Positions 23,167-34,372 of a DNA stretch of 64,000 nucleotides are shown one piece after another. The stretch spans positions 115,789-179,788 of the forward strand of contig BLSG01000162.1 in the NCBI GenBank assembly GCA_012862495.1, given 5' to 3'. The position numbers and the translations under genes were made by a program. The notes below the pieces were generated by a model. That model saw nothing but the letters and a program-made list of their open reading frames with translations. It made no database searches and was not told where the DNA came from. The stretch is from Thraustochytrium aureum. Taxonomy: Eukaryota. Within the stretch, counting starts at the first letter, position 1; each line of letters begins with the position of its first letter.

Positions 23167-26100
23167 TGCGCCGCGGCGACCGCGCTCAGTTAACAACTCA
23201 GCAGCACCGTCCCACGTACCCTTCCAAGCCAGGGTCTGGCTTGGGCGATCGCTTGCGGGCGTCCTGGGGCAGCGCAGATGGCAAGGCGCAGCAGCGCAGA
23301 TGGCTCTGCGCGCTCGCCCCAGCGTTTCTGGGGCTGGCAAAACGCACAGATTCGAATGATTTCATCCATAGATTTATAGATTTAGGGATGAGGAAGAAAA
23401 GAAGTGTTCGTCCACCTCATCTATGAATTTATGGACCAAACTGGTTCTGACGACTCTTGACTCCGGCTAGTCCATTCGATCTTAAACTTGACATTCAATA
23501 TCATAATATCATTGTTAAGCAACTGTACTCTTGACTGTCAAGGAGCTCCCGTCGGTGCACACTCTGATCGCACAAGAGGCGCACTTCGAAAGGAAAGCTT
23601 CCTGCAGAACTCAGCTTTCAAGGCGCCACTATAACCCCTCATAACCCACGCTCGTCTCGCGGTCGCCGGGAGGGTGCCGATCGCGGTTACAGATATTCCC
23701 GCGCGGGATGCGCGCCGGCGAGCGTGCGTCCCAGATTGTTTCGGGACTGTTTCCCGCTTCCTTGTTCGTCGGCGGCGGGTACGGTAAGGCGCTTTCGCTC
23801 CGCCGTGGTGCGGTCGCGCGGTCTGGCTTTTGTGAGGCGTAGTTTTTGCGGGGTTTTACCTTGGCCGCCCTGTTTTGCACCGCCTCCTCCTGCAGGCGGC
23901 GCAGGGAAGCACGCCCTGGGCCTACTAGTATCTCTTTCACGACGGGTGACGGGTGATGAGTGAGTGACACGGATTTCCCACGATCATGATGAGATACGCT
24001 TATGCGCTCGCTCGCTTGCTTTTACTTGCTCGCCCGCTTGCTTGTACTTGCTCGCCTGCTTGCCTGCTGGCTTGACAGGCGGCGCAACGGCTTCAAGAGC
24101 CGAAAGGAGAAGAGCCGAAAGGAGGAGGACGCCCTCCCTCACAAAAGCGGCGGAACTGGTATATGCCGAAGCTGGTGCCTTGCGAAGGAGGAAGCTGAAG
24201 AAAGCAAGGGCTCCTCTCTCCTCCGTGTTGTTTTTCGTTCGCGCCCAGCAGGGCCGCTCGTCCTTGTCGGTGGCCCGCGTAACCTCCGCCTCTCAATCAA
24301 TTCAAAAGCAAGACGAAAAAAAGAGGAAAAAGGAGAAAAAAAGAGCAAAAACCAAAGCCTCTAGCTAGTGCTTCGGCTAAACTACCCGATAAACTCCCGG
24401 GAGGAAGTCCCGCGACAAGGCTACAGCTCGGATAATCTATTCTCTCCAGTCGAGGAATGTCCGAGGGGAAATACGTACGTCAGAGAAGATGCACGATCGG
24501 AAAAAAGGACTCTGTCCACCCGCGAGGAAGGAGGCGGCCTGAAAGTGGACAGCAAGTTTCGCGCCGCACTCCTCTGTCCGCTGCGACGGCGATGTGAGGA
24601 GGGCTTTGTGGTTGATTGCCCGAGAGGGCGTTCTGGTACTGCGCGACAGCGTACTCCCAACACTTGGGCCGTTCAAGAGTCGCTTTTAAAAGCTGGCCAG
24701 GTCGCGGCCGCCCCTCAGGGCCCGGGACCCAAACTGAACCAGAACGTGTTGGGCCGCACATGCGATAGCGGCCCCTGTCTCCACTTGCAATCCGCGCGTC
24801 CCCTTAGGTTCCTTGGGCTGGAGCGCCCAGGTCCGCTGGGAGGCGCGCTTCCCCAACTGCTTCTTTTTAGCCTTTTAGCCTCTCGAAAGAATTGTTTTTA
24901 GCTTTTTAGCTTGAAGGCCTCGTCACGTACAGTTGCTGGTACTCTACCGAGGGGAAGAAGGAGGGAGAGGGAGGGAGGGAGGGGCTCGAGCGAGGTCTTC
25001 CTCCTCCCGCACGATGGCGGTTGCGACGATGCCGACGACATGCAAGAGCAGGGTACTTGCCCGTGCGGCGCCTCTCCGACTGGGCAGAGCAGCCACTGGC
25101 TGGCGGGCGTGATCATGCATGCANNNNNNNNNNNNNNNNNNNNNNNNNNNNNNNNNNNNNNNNNNNNNNNNNNNNNNNNNNNNNNNNNNNNNNNNNNNNN
25201 NNNNNNNNNNNNNNNNNNNNNNNNNNNNNNNNNNNNNNNNNNNNNNNNNNNNNNNNNNNNNNNNNNNNNNNNNNNNNNNNNNNNNNNNNNNNNNNNNNNN
25301 NNNNNNNNNNNNNNNNNNNNNNNNNNNNNNNNNNNNNNNNNNNNTCCTCGCCGCCGGCGTCTGTTTTTTTTCCTTTTCTTTTTCCTTCGTCGGCTTGGCT
25401 TGAATCGTGCTGGGCAGCCAGGACCGCAGCTGGCCGGAACTCCACTCGGGGAAACCTTCGAGGGCGCGCTCAAGACTGCGCGGCTGCAATCCCTCCCGCC
25501 GCCTAGCCGCTCGCGCCGCCCATCAGCAAGCAGCAGCGAGGGCTGCAGCAGCTGCTTGCCGAGCGTCAACCTGCGTTGTCTTCTTGGGTGTCTGATCAGT
25601 CTTCTCACAGCAGCGACGAGCCGGCCAGGCAGGCAGGCAGGCAGGCAGGCCTCTGGGCGAGGTTCTTTCCCGCTCGGGCCGCGCTTGTCCTTCTCTGGCG
25701 AGGTGCAAGTGGAGGAGTTCCAACTTGGCTTCAACAGGTCAGTGGCCACTTTCCTCAACGCCTCCCTCCGAGGCAGGCAGGCTCCTCATTCGCTCCGTGC
25801 CGCTGCGTGCGTGCGCGGCCAGCAACTGCTTTTCTCGCCTGGTGAGCGATTGACCGATATCGATCGACCCGTGTCCCCCACTTGCGTCTCCCTCCCTCCC
25901 TCCCTCCCCTCCCTCCCTCCGCGCGCCACTCTTACGCGCAACAATCACTCAACACGCTGCAGCTGTCGTCAGGCAGCAAACTCAACCTGCGCAACCAGAC
26001 ATCGGAGCAGAACAGCAGCGGAAGAACAGCAGCAGACCAAGCAGAACAGCAGCGCCAGCAGCAGCCAGCAGCAGCAGCAGCAGACGCGAGTTGAACAGGG

Positions 26101-26395
26101 ATTAACGCGACAGGCTGGACGTGGACGCTGCCAGCGCCAGCTAGGCCATCAAACAAAAGCCGAGGGTGTGACTTTGTGCCGCTGCGACAGCGACCTCGCC
26201 TCAGTGTCGCCGCCGCCAAGGTCCGGCCACGAGCTCGACGACCAGGAGCAGCACAAGCGCCGAAAATCAGCGCGCGTAGGCAGCGCGACCAGGGTCGCAG
26301 TCGACAAGGTGGAACGCTTCGGGGACCTCGGCTGGGGCACTCAAGCCGAGGCAAAGCAGAGCGTGCAAGGGCACAGCCGAGCGGCTCCGCCGAGC

Positions 26396-28032
26396 ATGCC
26401 CCCTGGCCAGGAGCCTGTCGCCGTGTCAGTGGCGTACCAAGCCACCCCTGGGCGAATGTGGCCAATGCCGCACGCCCCCCGCCGGGCGCGGGGGCCGAGT
26501 TCCTCCCAACCGCGTACGAGCGCCGCGACGTGGCCCACCTCCTGGCCTCCAAGCTCTCGCCCGAGCTGCAGGCTCGGATTGACCAGATCAAGGAGACCGT
26601 AGGACTCCTGCATGTACTCAAACGGCGAGATCGAAAAACCTGTGCCGTGGACCCACTTCATTCTGTCAGCGCCGCCATCCAAGGCTGCCCCCGAAGCGTT
26701 CGCCCCGGTCACCGACCTGGTCGTCTGGGCGCCCGAAACGCTCTTCAACCGCGCAGGCCTGCAGTTCATGCCCTGCCCATGTTGCGGCAACGTCGGCAAC
26801 AATGTTATTACCAACGGGTGGGGCGAAAGCCCTTGCCTTTTGGTCAAGTACCAAGACAAGCTCCTCTGCCTCCTGAGCAAGGAGTATGTCTGCAGCCGCT
26901 GCGACACGGTCTTCCGGGGATGGAACCCAGACGCGATCAGTCACATGCCCCTCCGACTGGCAAACCTGTTTCCGGTGCCACGTTCGGCGCTTTCCGACGA
27001 GGCCGAGCGCGCGCTCTGCGCTGTCGAGCGCGAACCGCCGCAGGACGGCCCGGCGATGTTCGGCCGCTCCACGAGCCTCTCCAGCCTCGCGCTTCTTCGC
27101 GAGGGTGGCGACTCTGACTCTGAGTTTCTGGACACTTTCAGCGACTTTGGCATGCTCGAAGAGCTCGAGCAGAGTGACAACGCTGGCGCAGCGCCGCAGT
27201 ACAGCGCTGTTTTCGAAGGCTCGTCTTCGTCCTCCTCGTCTTCATCGGCGCAATTTCCGTACGGTGAACCGCTTGCAAGCCTTGGCGGCTCGGCGGCACG
27301 TGCAGACCAAGAGCCGTTCGGCTCTTTCCCGGAGCTCCGAAACTTCGAGGAGTTTGTCGTTCCGGCACCGCAGGCCACCACGTCTATGCAGCGCAACCTC
27401 GAGTTCCACCNNNNNNNNNNNNNNNNNNNNNNNNNNNNNNNNNNNNNNNNNNNNNNNNNNNNNNNNNNNNNNNNNNNNNNNNNNNNNNNNNNNNNNNNNN
27501 NNNNNNNNNNNNNNNNNNNNNNNNNNNNNNNNNNNNNNNNNNNNNNNNNNNNNNNNNNNNNNNNNNNNNNNNNNNNNNNNNNNNNNNNNNNNNNNNNNNN
27601 NNNNNNNNNNNNNNNNNNNNNNNNNNNNNNNNNNNNNNNNNNNNNNNNNNNNNNNNNNNNNNNNNNNNNNNNNNNNNNNNNNNNNNNNNNNNNNNNNNNN
27701 NNNNNNNNNNNNNNNNNNNNNNNNNNNNNNNNNNNNNACTTGACCTCATTCCAGAAGTGGCCCGCGCCGCTCTGCTCGAGGACGTGGGCGAGGATGTCGC
27801 TGATACGAGTATGGCGGCTGCGAGTCTGAGCGAGAGCAAGCGCTCGATTCAGTTTTGCTCGGTCTGTTTTGGCGTGCGTCGTCAAAGAGGACAGCTGGTT
27901 GGCGGTCACAAGCCGAACGGGTTCTGCCCCGCGAAGGGGCGAAAGGCGACGGCAGATGAAAAGCGCGAGCTGCGCCGTCGCCGGCAGAAAATGAGGCGTG
28001 CCATGAACAAGCGCCGCGGCTCCACCGAGTGA
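26396..28032 (+). CDS. Cys-rich putative Zn-binding nuclear protein, DUF6729-like or transposon-derived (two apparent frameshifts, internal gap)
   Basis: LVVWAPE...MPCPCC...GW...LLSKEYVCSRC...FRGWNPDAISHMP..LANLFP; after the gap, FCSVC...GH...FCP followed by a basic tail (RRRRQKMRRAMNKRR). Confidence 0.5.
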
Positions 28033-28273
28033 CGGAATGCCGTCCTTGCTGACTTTCCGGAGCACCTGAATCTGGCTGAGTAGCGCCTATTTCGCGAGCC
28101 GCGCGACACCGCTTGCCCACACTTTTCCCTGTACAGCCTTGCCCTTACATTAGTGGAGTATGGTCGTCTGCTGACCCAGAAACACGAACAGAAACGCATT
28201 TATTTGATTTTGATTCGCACATAACGCCCACCCGCCCCGCACTTCCGAGGCCGGCCAAGGCTTTCAAAAGCTG

Positions 28274-29861
28274 CTACGCGAGGCCGACCACGGCTTTCAA
28301 TACCTGCTGCACAATTGCAGCTTCATGTGGCCGGCCAAGGCTTTCAAGAGCTGCAATACTCGCCTTCTCCTTCGTCTGCTGCTGCGCGGACGACGGCCGC
28401 GACAAACTCGGCCTCCGGAACTGTCGCTTGAGGCTGCCCCTCCACGATGCGTTTCGAGCCCAAGGGCCACAATCGCGTGCGACCGCGCAAAGCAGAGCGC
28501 CTGCGGCCAGCGAGTAGCTCGAACCGTCCATCAACCGACTCCACGTCGGCCCTTGACTGGTCCACGAATAGCGCGTTGAGCTTCCCCACGGCAACCTGAC
28601 CCACCGTCCGAGCGTCGCAGAGCCGGAACAGGCGGCGCGCGTCCCGTTCGAGGCGGGAGCGCTCACAGGCCGCTTTTAGGCACTCGAAAATGACGCCAGC
28701 GAGGGCGACCTCGCTCATGCTACTCGCGCGGCCCGCCGCCCGCGCCGCAGAGGTCTGGGCATCGTCCAGCACGCACGTCTCGCCCAGGGCTCGGGCGTCG
28801 AGGTCGTGCCACTGAGCAAGAGCGCCACCTGCGCAGCGCAGCGCATCTGAGATTGCTGCTACAAGACCCGTGGCCCCGCGAGCAACTCGCGCGCGAACGT
28901 CTGGCTCGAGCCGCGCGGCTGCCTGGCGCGCCTGCTCGTGATCATGCAGCCGCCAGAGGTGCGCCTCCACGTGCGACAGGAGCAGCCTTCCGCCGTTGCG
29001 CTCACAAAAGGCGCTCACGAATGACCGCAGCTGACGAACAAAGGCCGTGCCGAGGCTCGGGTCGGCTTCAAGTAGGGCTGCAAACTCATGCGCGTCGCCT
29101 GTCTCGAGCTCAAGCGCCAAACACCGCGCCGACCCGCGCCTTGCGCGTTCCGTGCCGACGCAGGAACGGGTTTGGACCTCGCCCTGCATCTTGTGCTCAA
29201 CGCGATCCGCCTGTTCCAGCTCGTCTTCGTTGAGCGCGTAAGAGCNNNNNNNNNNNNNNNNNNNNNNNNNNNNNNNNNNNNNNNNNNNNNNNNNNNNNNN
29301 NNNNNNNNNNNNNNNNNNNNNNNNNNNNNNNNNNNNNNNNNNNNNNNNNNNNNNNNNNNNNNNNNNNNNNNNNNNNNNNNNNNNNNNNNNNNNNNNNNNN
29401 NNNNNNNNNNNNNNNNNNNNNNNNNNNNNNNNNNNNNNNNNNNNNNNNNNNNNNNNNNNNNNNNNNNNNNNNNNNNNNNNNNNNNNNNNNNNNNNNNNNN
29501 NNNNNNNNNNNNNNNNNNNNNNNNNNNNNNNNNNNNNNNNNNNNNNNNNNNNNNNNNNNNNNNNNNNNNNNNNNNNNNNNNNNNNNNNNNNNNNNNNNNN
29601 NNNNNNNNNNNNNNNNNNNNNNNNNNNNNNNNNNNCGCACGGCGCGCTCCCAGGCGGAGCGGACAGCCACGATTCGAACAGCCATGTCCAGGTCCAGCTG
29701 GTTGGCAGCGCCGCTGACAGGGTCGTCCACCGCAGTCCCGGCCCAGCCGCCGTCCGGGTCGAGTCCCGGAGGCGGCTCGGCGCGGCGCAGCTGCACAAGA
29801 GCCCGACCGCTGGATGTAGACGCGCCTGCCTCTGCCAGAGCGCCGCGGGACGCGAGATCAG
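28274..29861 (-). CDS. Hypothetical coding region with EF-hand-like segment; probably the frameshifted C-terminal continuation of the ankyrin gene
   Basis: RRLFRLCDARTVGQVAVGKL and VPEAEFVAAV resemble degenerate EF-hands. A frame change near 29905 links the ankyrin ORF to ...VQLRRAEPPPGLDP. Confidence 0.4.
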
Positions 29862-30782
29862 CTAGATGCGCGAGCTTGCACTCGAGCTTCGGAACGCTCG
29901 CGCCCGCCCCTCGCCGCCGCCCTCGCAGGCGGCAAGGTGCTGCTTGGCCTGGTTGAGCAGGGCGACAGCTTCGGCTTGCGCGTCGCCAACTCCAACGCAG
30001 GCCAAGAGCTCAGCCAGGCACTTGGCCGCGTATACGCTCTCAAGGTGGCGAGGCGGCGTGGCACCTGCGAGGAGCCGCACTGCGAGGCCAAGCAGAGGGG
30101 CGCTCTGCCACGAAATGCAGGCCTCGACCACGCGCTTGGCTTGCACCAAAGGCGCGCCGAGTTGCGCGAGGAAACTGGCCGCGGCGCCGTGGCCGCCGAC
30201 GAAGGCCAGCTCGAGCGCGTTGAGGCCGCTGTTGTAATCGCGAGCAGCGACTGAACCGCCCGCCTCGACCAGAACGCGCACGCAGGGAACGTGACCTGCG
30301 GCCGCCGCGAGGTGCAGCGCCGTATTGCCTTTGCTGTCCCGACGGTGGACATTTGCGCCGCTTTCGACGAGCAAGCGAACCATGGCTCTGTCGCCGCGCT
30401 CGCTCGCTCGGTGCAGGCTGGTGCGTTGCGAGACCTGGTCCTCAGCTTCGGTGTCGGCCCCGAGGTCGATCAGAAGCTGCGCGATTCCGACGCGGCCCAG
30501 GTCGGCGCAGTACATGAGCGGCGTCCGCGCCCTCTTCGGCTCGACACAGTCCGGCTCCGCTCCGCGCAGCAATAGCTCGCGCGCCGTGCACATGTGGCCG
30601 GCCACGACGGCCCTGAGCAGCGCGGCGCGGCCGACCTTGTTCCCCGCGCTCCCGAGCTTTCCCGTGCCGGCTTTCGCGTCGAGCATGTCAACCACGCCTT
30701 GAGCATCGCCTTTTCCGGCGGCATCGCACAGCTCGTGGTCAAAGCCCGACGCCACCGCTTTCGCCGTGCGAGGCGCCGCCAT
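29862..30782 (-). CDS. Ankyrin-repeat protein
   Basis: RTPLMYCADLG, RTSLHRASERG, GNTALHLAAAAGH, GLNALELAFVGGH. Confidence 0.85.
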   Translation of the reverse strand: MAAPRTAKAVASGFDHELCDAAGKGDAQGVVDMLDAKAGTGKLGSAGNKVGRAALLRAVVAGHMCTARELLLRGAEPDCVEPKRARTPLMYCADLGRVGIAQLLIDLGADTEAEDQVSQRTSLHRASERGDRAMVRLLVESGANVHRRDSKGNTALHLAAAAGHVPCVRVLVEAGGSVAARDYNSGLNALELAFVGGHGAAASFLAQLGAPLVQAKRVVEACISWQSAPLLGLAVRLLAGATPPRHLESVYAAKCLAELLACVGVGDAQAEAVALLNQAKQHLAACEGGGEGRARAFRSSSASSRI

Positions 30783-31411
30783 GGCCAAACCGCGTTCACG
30801 GGGGCTGGGGGGCGGGGGCTGGGGGGGCTGCGGCGGGGAAAAAAAGCTAATGCAACGCCGGCCAGCCACCTGGCCAGCCACCTGGCCAGCCACTTGGCCA
30901 AGCGCCAGCGTCGAGCACCAGCTCGGCTCGGCAATGGCGCCGTTCGTTCGTTCGACTGCGGGTCGTCGGGCCATGACCGCCTGCCTGCTCGGGGCGCAAA
31001 CGGACCTAACGCACAAAAACAACGCGGCTGGCAGCCTCGTGACGGCAGGACCACGGTGACGAGACCTCTGTCCTGCGCCCTCGTCATGCCCTTTGTCCTG
31101 GTTGAAGGGTTTCAAGATGAGCATCGATCAATCAGGGTGGAGTCGACGGATTCGAGTCGGCCGCTTGATCAAGAGCAAAAAAAGAAAGCACGCCCTCATC
31201 GAGGGCGAGCCGGCGGCGCGGCGCGACCAGGCCGAGGCCGGCGACGACGCCAGACCGCACTTGACCGGCTGCTTCAAGCAAGCTGGAGAAGCGCTCCGCA
31301 GCTCTTTTTTTCTGTTGCGGGCTGCGCGGCGCCAGCCGAAGCCGGCCGGCGGGCGGGGAAGGGGGCAATCCGAGCAAAGGGCCTTTTCAGCAATAAAAAG
31401 CTATAAGGGCT

Positions 31412-31984
31412 TTAGGCTTCGACCGGGAACTCGAACACGACATCTACGGACGTGAGCTTTTTGTACACGGTCGCAAAGGTGTCGAGCTTGGTCTCCGCGG
31501 TGGTCAGGTCACGGGTGTGCAGGAAGACCTTGAGGATCTTGGAGCCGTCCGCGCGGTACCGGGTGCGCTTGCCGACAATCTCCGTCGGGTAGACAAGGTC
31601 GTCGAGGATGGCCTCGCGAACAGCGGTGAGGGTGCGGCTGCGCGGGCGGACGCCCTGGGTCTTGGTGCTGCGGTTGTACGACTTGCCGTAGATGGTGCGG
31701 TGGCCGATCACGACGACATGGCGGCCCTGGAGCTTCTTCTCGAGCTCGCGCACCAACCGAACCTGCACCTTGCGGAAGGCATTGAGCAGCTTGTACGGCA
31801 CCATGATGATGACGGCCTTCTTGCCCCCGGGGGTGGACACCTCGCGTGCGCCCAGAATGTAGAGGTTCTCCAGGTCATTCTTCAGCTCGGGCGTGCCCTC
31901 GAGCTTGTAAATCTCCTCGGCCACCTTGAGCTCAAACTCATCCGCCTCCTTGCCCGCAGGCTTGACAATCTTCGTCGACGCCAT
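31412..31984 (-). CDS. RPS7: 40S ribosomal protein S7 (eS7)
   Basis: KVQVRLVRELEKKL.GRHVV, RPRSRTLTAV, ILDDLVYPTEIVGKR, VYKKLT...VVFEFP; 190 aa. Confidence 0.97.
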   Translation of the reverse strand: MASTKIVKPAGKEADEFELKVAEEIYKLEGTPELKNDLENLYILGAREVSTPGGKKAVIIMVPYKLLNAFRKVQVRLVRELEKKLQGRHVVVIGHRTIYGKSYNRSTKTQGVRPRSRTLTAVREAILDDLVYPTEIVGKRTRYRADGSKILKVFLHTRDLTTAETKLDTFATVYKKLTSVDVVFEFPVEA

Positions 31985-32296
31985 TCCCCCTGCCGCAAAC
32001 CTGCTCCTGCAACTCCTCACGCGAACAAGCAACCAACCTGTGCTCGTGCTGCGCGCTCGATGCTCACTCTGCTCTGCTCCACACCTGCCTGCCTGCCTGC
32101 CTGCCCACCTATGTGCCTGCTGCCACTCTGCTCCTCTCGTTTCCGCACGCGCCCAGCGCCAGAGTCCCGCGCGCCCTCGAATGCGCCCTCTGCGCTGCAC
32201 CGCGCGGCCCCCCCGCAGGCAGAGCCAGGCCGCCCTCGTAACGCCCTCTGGAGCCGCCATTGGTGGCCACCAACGAGCGAGTAGGGTTAGGGTGCG

Positions 32297-32334
32297 TGCG
32301 TCATGGTGACGCAGGGGGACGAGGGTGACGTCAC
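32297..32334. promoter_or_regulatory. Cluster of TGACG (ATF/CRE-like) sites in the divergent RPS7/bZIP intergenic region
   Basis: TGCGTCA-TGG-TGACGCA (32297-32313) and the perfect palindrome GTGACGTCAC (32325-32334). Confidence 0.35.
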
Positions 32335-32935
32335 TGCGTCGGCGTTACTCGGGGAATCGTACGGGGACACCTTGTGCCTTTGGGCGAGGTTGTGCCGAGA
32401 ATTGCGCTGTCTGGTATGAGAGATTGGAGGGAACGGACGCGGCTGACCCGACGGGGCGGGTGGCACCGTGATACAGGACACCGGTTTCGCGCCGGACGTG
32501 CCATGACACGCTGGCATCCCGGCCCAGCAGTGACCGGAGCTTTAAGCCCAACGCGCGGAAACGCCTCCTCCGACTGCATTCTCCTTTCCCGCTGTCTTTA
32601 TTCTTAAGGCGCGCGGGTGGGCCGCCGAGCTCACTCGCCTCAACCGCTGCACCGCTGCTTGACTTAACGCAGTGCGGCGGGTTCCTCACCCACCGCCCTG
32701 TCTGCGCGGGCGGCGCGGTTTGCGGGAGGGGACAGCGCGCGGGAGGACTCAAGAAGGCGCGGCAGACCCCGAACGGAGTCCAGTGCGGACAGTTGCTTCC
32801 TCTCGAGCAGACCAGAAAAAGAAAAGCGAACGAAAGTCGGAGCCTCAGGAGACAGCGAAGACACGGCAAGGGCAGGACGCGTGGCGTGATCGAGTGCCCG
32901 GCCGGCCGGTCGCGGTCGTGGAGAAGGAAAACAGG

Positions 32936-34012
32936 ATGGCGTCCGTGAAAAGGCGGTTTTCCACCTCGGATGCCTCCCCGGTGACCCTGCCCATGTCGCC
33001 GGCGTCGTCGGCGGATGAGTCGGACGCGGGCAGCTCGCAAGGGTCGCCGAAACGGTCCAAAGGCGAAGACGCCGGCGAGCGGCAGAGCAAGCTGATGGCG
33101 AGGAAGATTGCCAATAGGCAGGCTGCCGAGCGGAGCAGGCAGAGGAAGATTAGGAGGTTCAAGGGAGCTCGAGGTGGAGAACGGCGCGATGAAGGCGGAG
33201 ACGCGACGATGAAGGCTGCGCTGGCCGCGCTTGAAGGCGAGCGGGACCAGGCGCGGGCTGAGGCGGAGAGAATGCGCGCCGAGCTGGAGCGGCTCCGTGC
33301 GCAGCTCGCCGCGAAAGCAGAGCTTGCCGTCGAGCAGTTTGACGCTGACCACTCGCCTGGGCCCCTCGACGCGCCCGCTTCGCCGCTGTCGGATGCGGCG
33401 CTTGCTGATCTCTTTCAAGAGGACGTGTTCACGAGCGTGGGAGACGTGGACGCCGTGGAGGACGGGCCAGGCGTCGGCGGCAAGGAGCACGCGTACGCCG
33501 ATTCAAGTCTGTGCGATGTTGTGGACCTGGACTTTCTTGGCGCGCTGGTCGAGCAGGAGGAACTGAAGACTGCTTTCCCTGCAGTGGAAAGTCGATTGCG
33601 CTGCCTCTCGCTGGTGTTGCCGCTAATGGCCACCACGTTGAGGCAGCTCATCAAGCCTCAGCAGCAGGACTGTTCTAACTGCTCGACTACGCTCAAGCCC
33701 CGAGTCCTCGTCCGCGACCTTGTACACTTGTTTCTGACCCGATCCGCCCTTGTTGCGCTCGCCAGCCCGTTGGCTCTGCTGTCTTCGTATGTAGTTGGCA
33801 ACCAAACTGACTTTATCTTTCATCTTGACAATGCGTGCCTCCGCGGCGAGCCAGAGCCCCGCGCGGTTGATCGTGCTCCGCACGGCCGGCCGGGTCGAGC
33901 CACCGTCCGTCCTTCGAGCCCACGCCAGGCAGCGCCGTGCTTGCCTGCCCGACTCGGGCTCGCGGCAAGCCGCCAAGGCGAGCGTGGCTCCCTCGAGCCA
34001 GCGAGAGCTTGA
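32936..34012 (+). CDS. bZIP transcription factor, HAC1/XBP1/bZIP60-like (unspliced form; the predicted spliced form ends at 33678)
   Basis: Basic region RKIANRQAAERSRQRK. Leucine zipper KELEVENGAMKAENATMKAAL is restored by two compensating 1-nt indels near 33163-33202. Hydrophobic C-terminal segment follows the IRE1-type hairpins. Confidence 0.82.
   Translation: MASVKRRFSTSDASPVTLPMSPASSADESDAGSSQGSPKRSKGEDAGERQSKLMARKIANRQAAERSRQRKIRRFKGARGGERRDEGGDATMKAALAALEGERDQARAEAERMRAELERLRAQLAAKAELAVEQFDADHSPGPLDAPASPLSDAALADLFQEDVFTSVGDVDAVEDGPGVGGKEHAYADSSLCDVVDLDFLGALVEQEELKTAFPAVESRLRCLSLVLPLMATTLRQLIKPQQQDCSNCSTTLKPRVLVRDLVHLFLTRSALVALASPLALLSSYVVGNQTDFIFHLDNACLRGEPEPRAVDRAPHGRPGRATVRPSSPRQAAPCLPARLGLAASRQGERGSLEPARA
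33582..33661 (+). other. Putative IRE1-dependent non-spliceosomal intron (80 nt)
   Basis: Stem-loops CTTTCC-[CTG|CAGT]-GGAAAG and AGCCT-[CAG|CAGC]-AGGACT with 7-nt CNGCAGN loops. Confidence 0.65.
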
Positions 34013-34372
34013 GAGAGCTTGGGCTGGCTGGCCCGTGTGAGGGTCAGTTGTCCTGTACCACTTGAGCAAGAGCACGGCACCGCGAAAAGCGACGAGTTGC
34101 AAGTCGGAAAATTAGTGTTCTGTTGTGTCTTCGTTTCCATGTTTCAAGTGTCAAGGTGCCTCGACAACGTCTTGTTGTTTCTGTTGATCAAGACGTTTGT
34201 TAGTTTCCGTTCCGCTTCCGTTCTTTTGCAACTTGCCCGCGTGGCCCCCTCGCGAGCGGTCATCTTGTCGTCTTTGTCGTTGGAACCGTGGCGCTCAGTC
34301 GAGTGCAGTGTCCAAGAACCACGCATCTGCTGCGCACCGGCTCGGCTTGTCGTTTCCCATGGCCAAGTCCGA

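Larger units (their letters stand above)
18989..23434 (-). mobile_element. Putative piggyBac-like DNA transposon; exact ends unresolved
   Basis: One large transposase-like ORF flanked by AT-richer DNA containing four copies of a CACCTATAAATTTATGG-like 17-mer (18989, 19035, 23366 inverted, 23418). Confidence 0.65.

Noticed and set aside
23482..23518. TTAA sites right of the transposase as the piggyBac TSD
   Set aside because: No matching TTAA with an inverted terminal repeat was found at the left end, so the boundary cannot be assigned.
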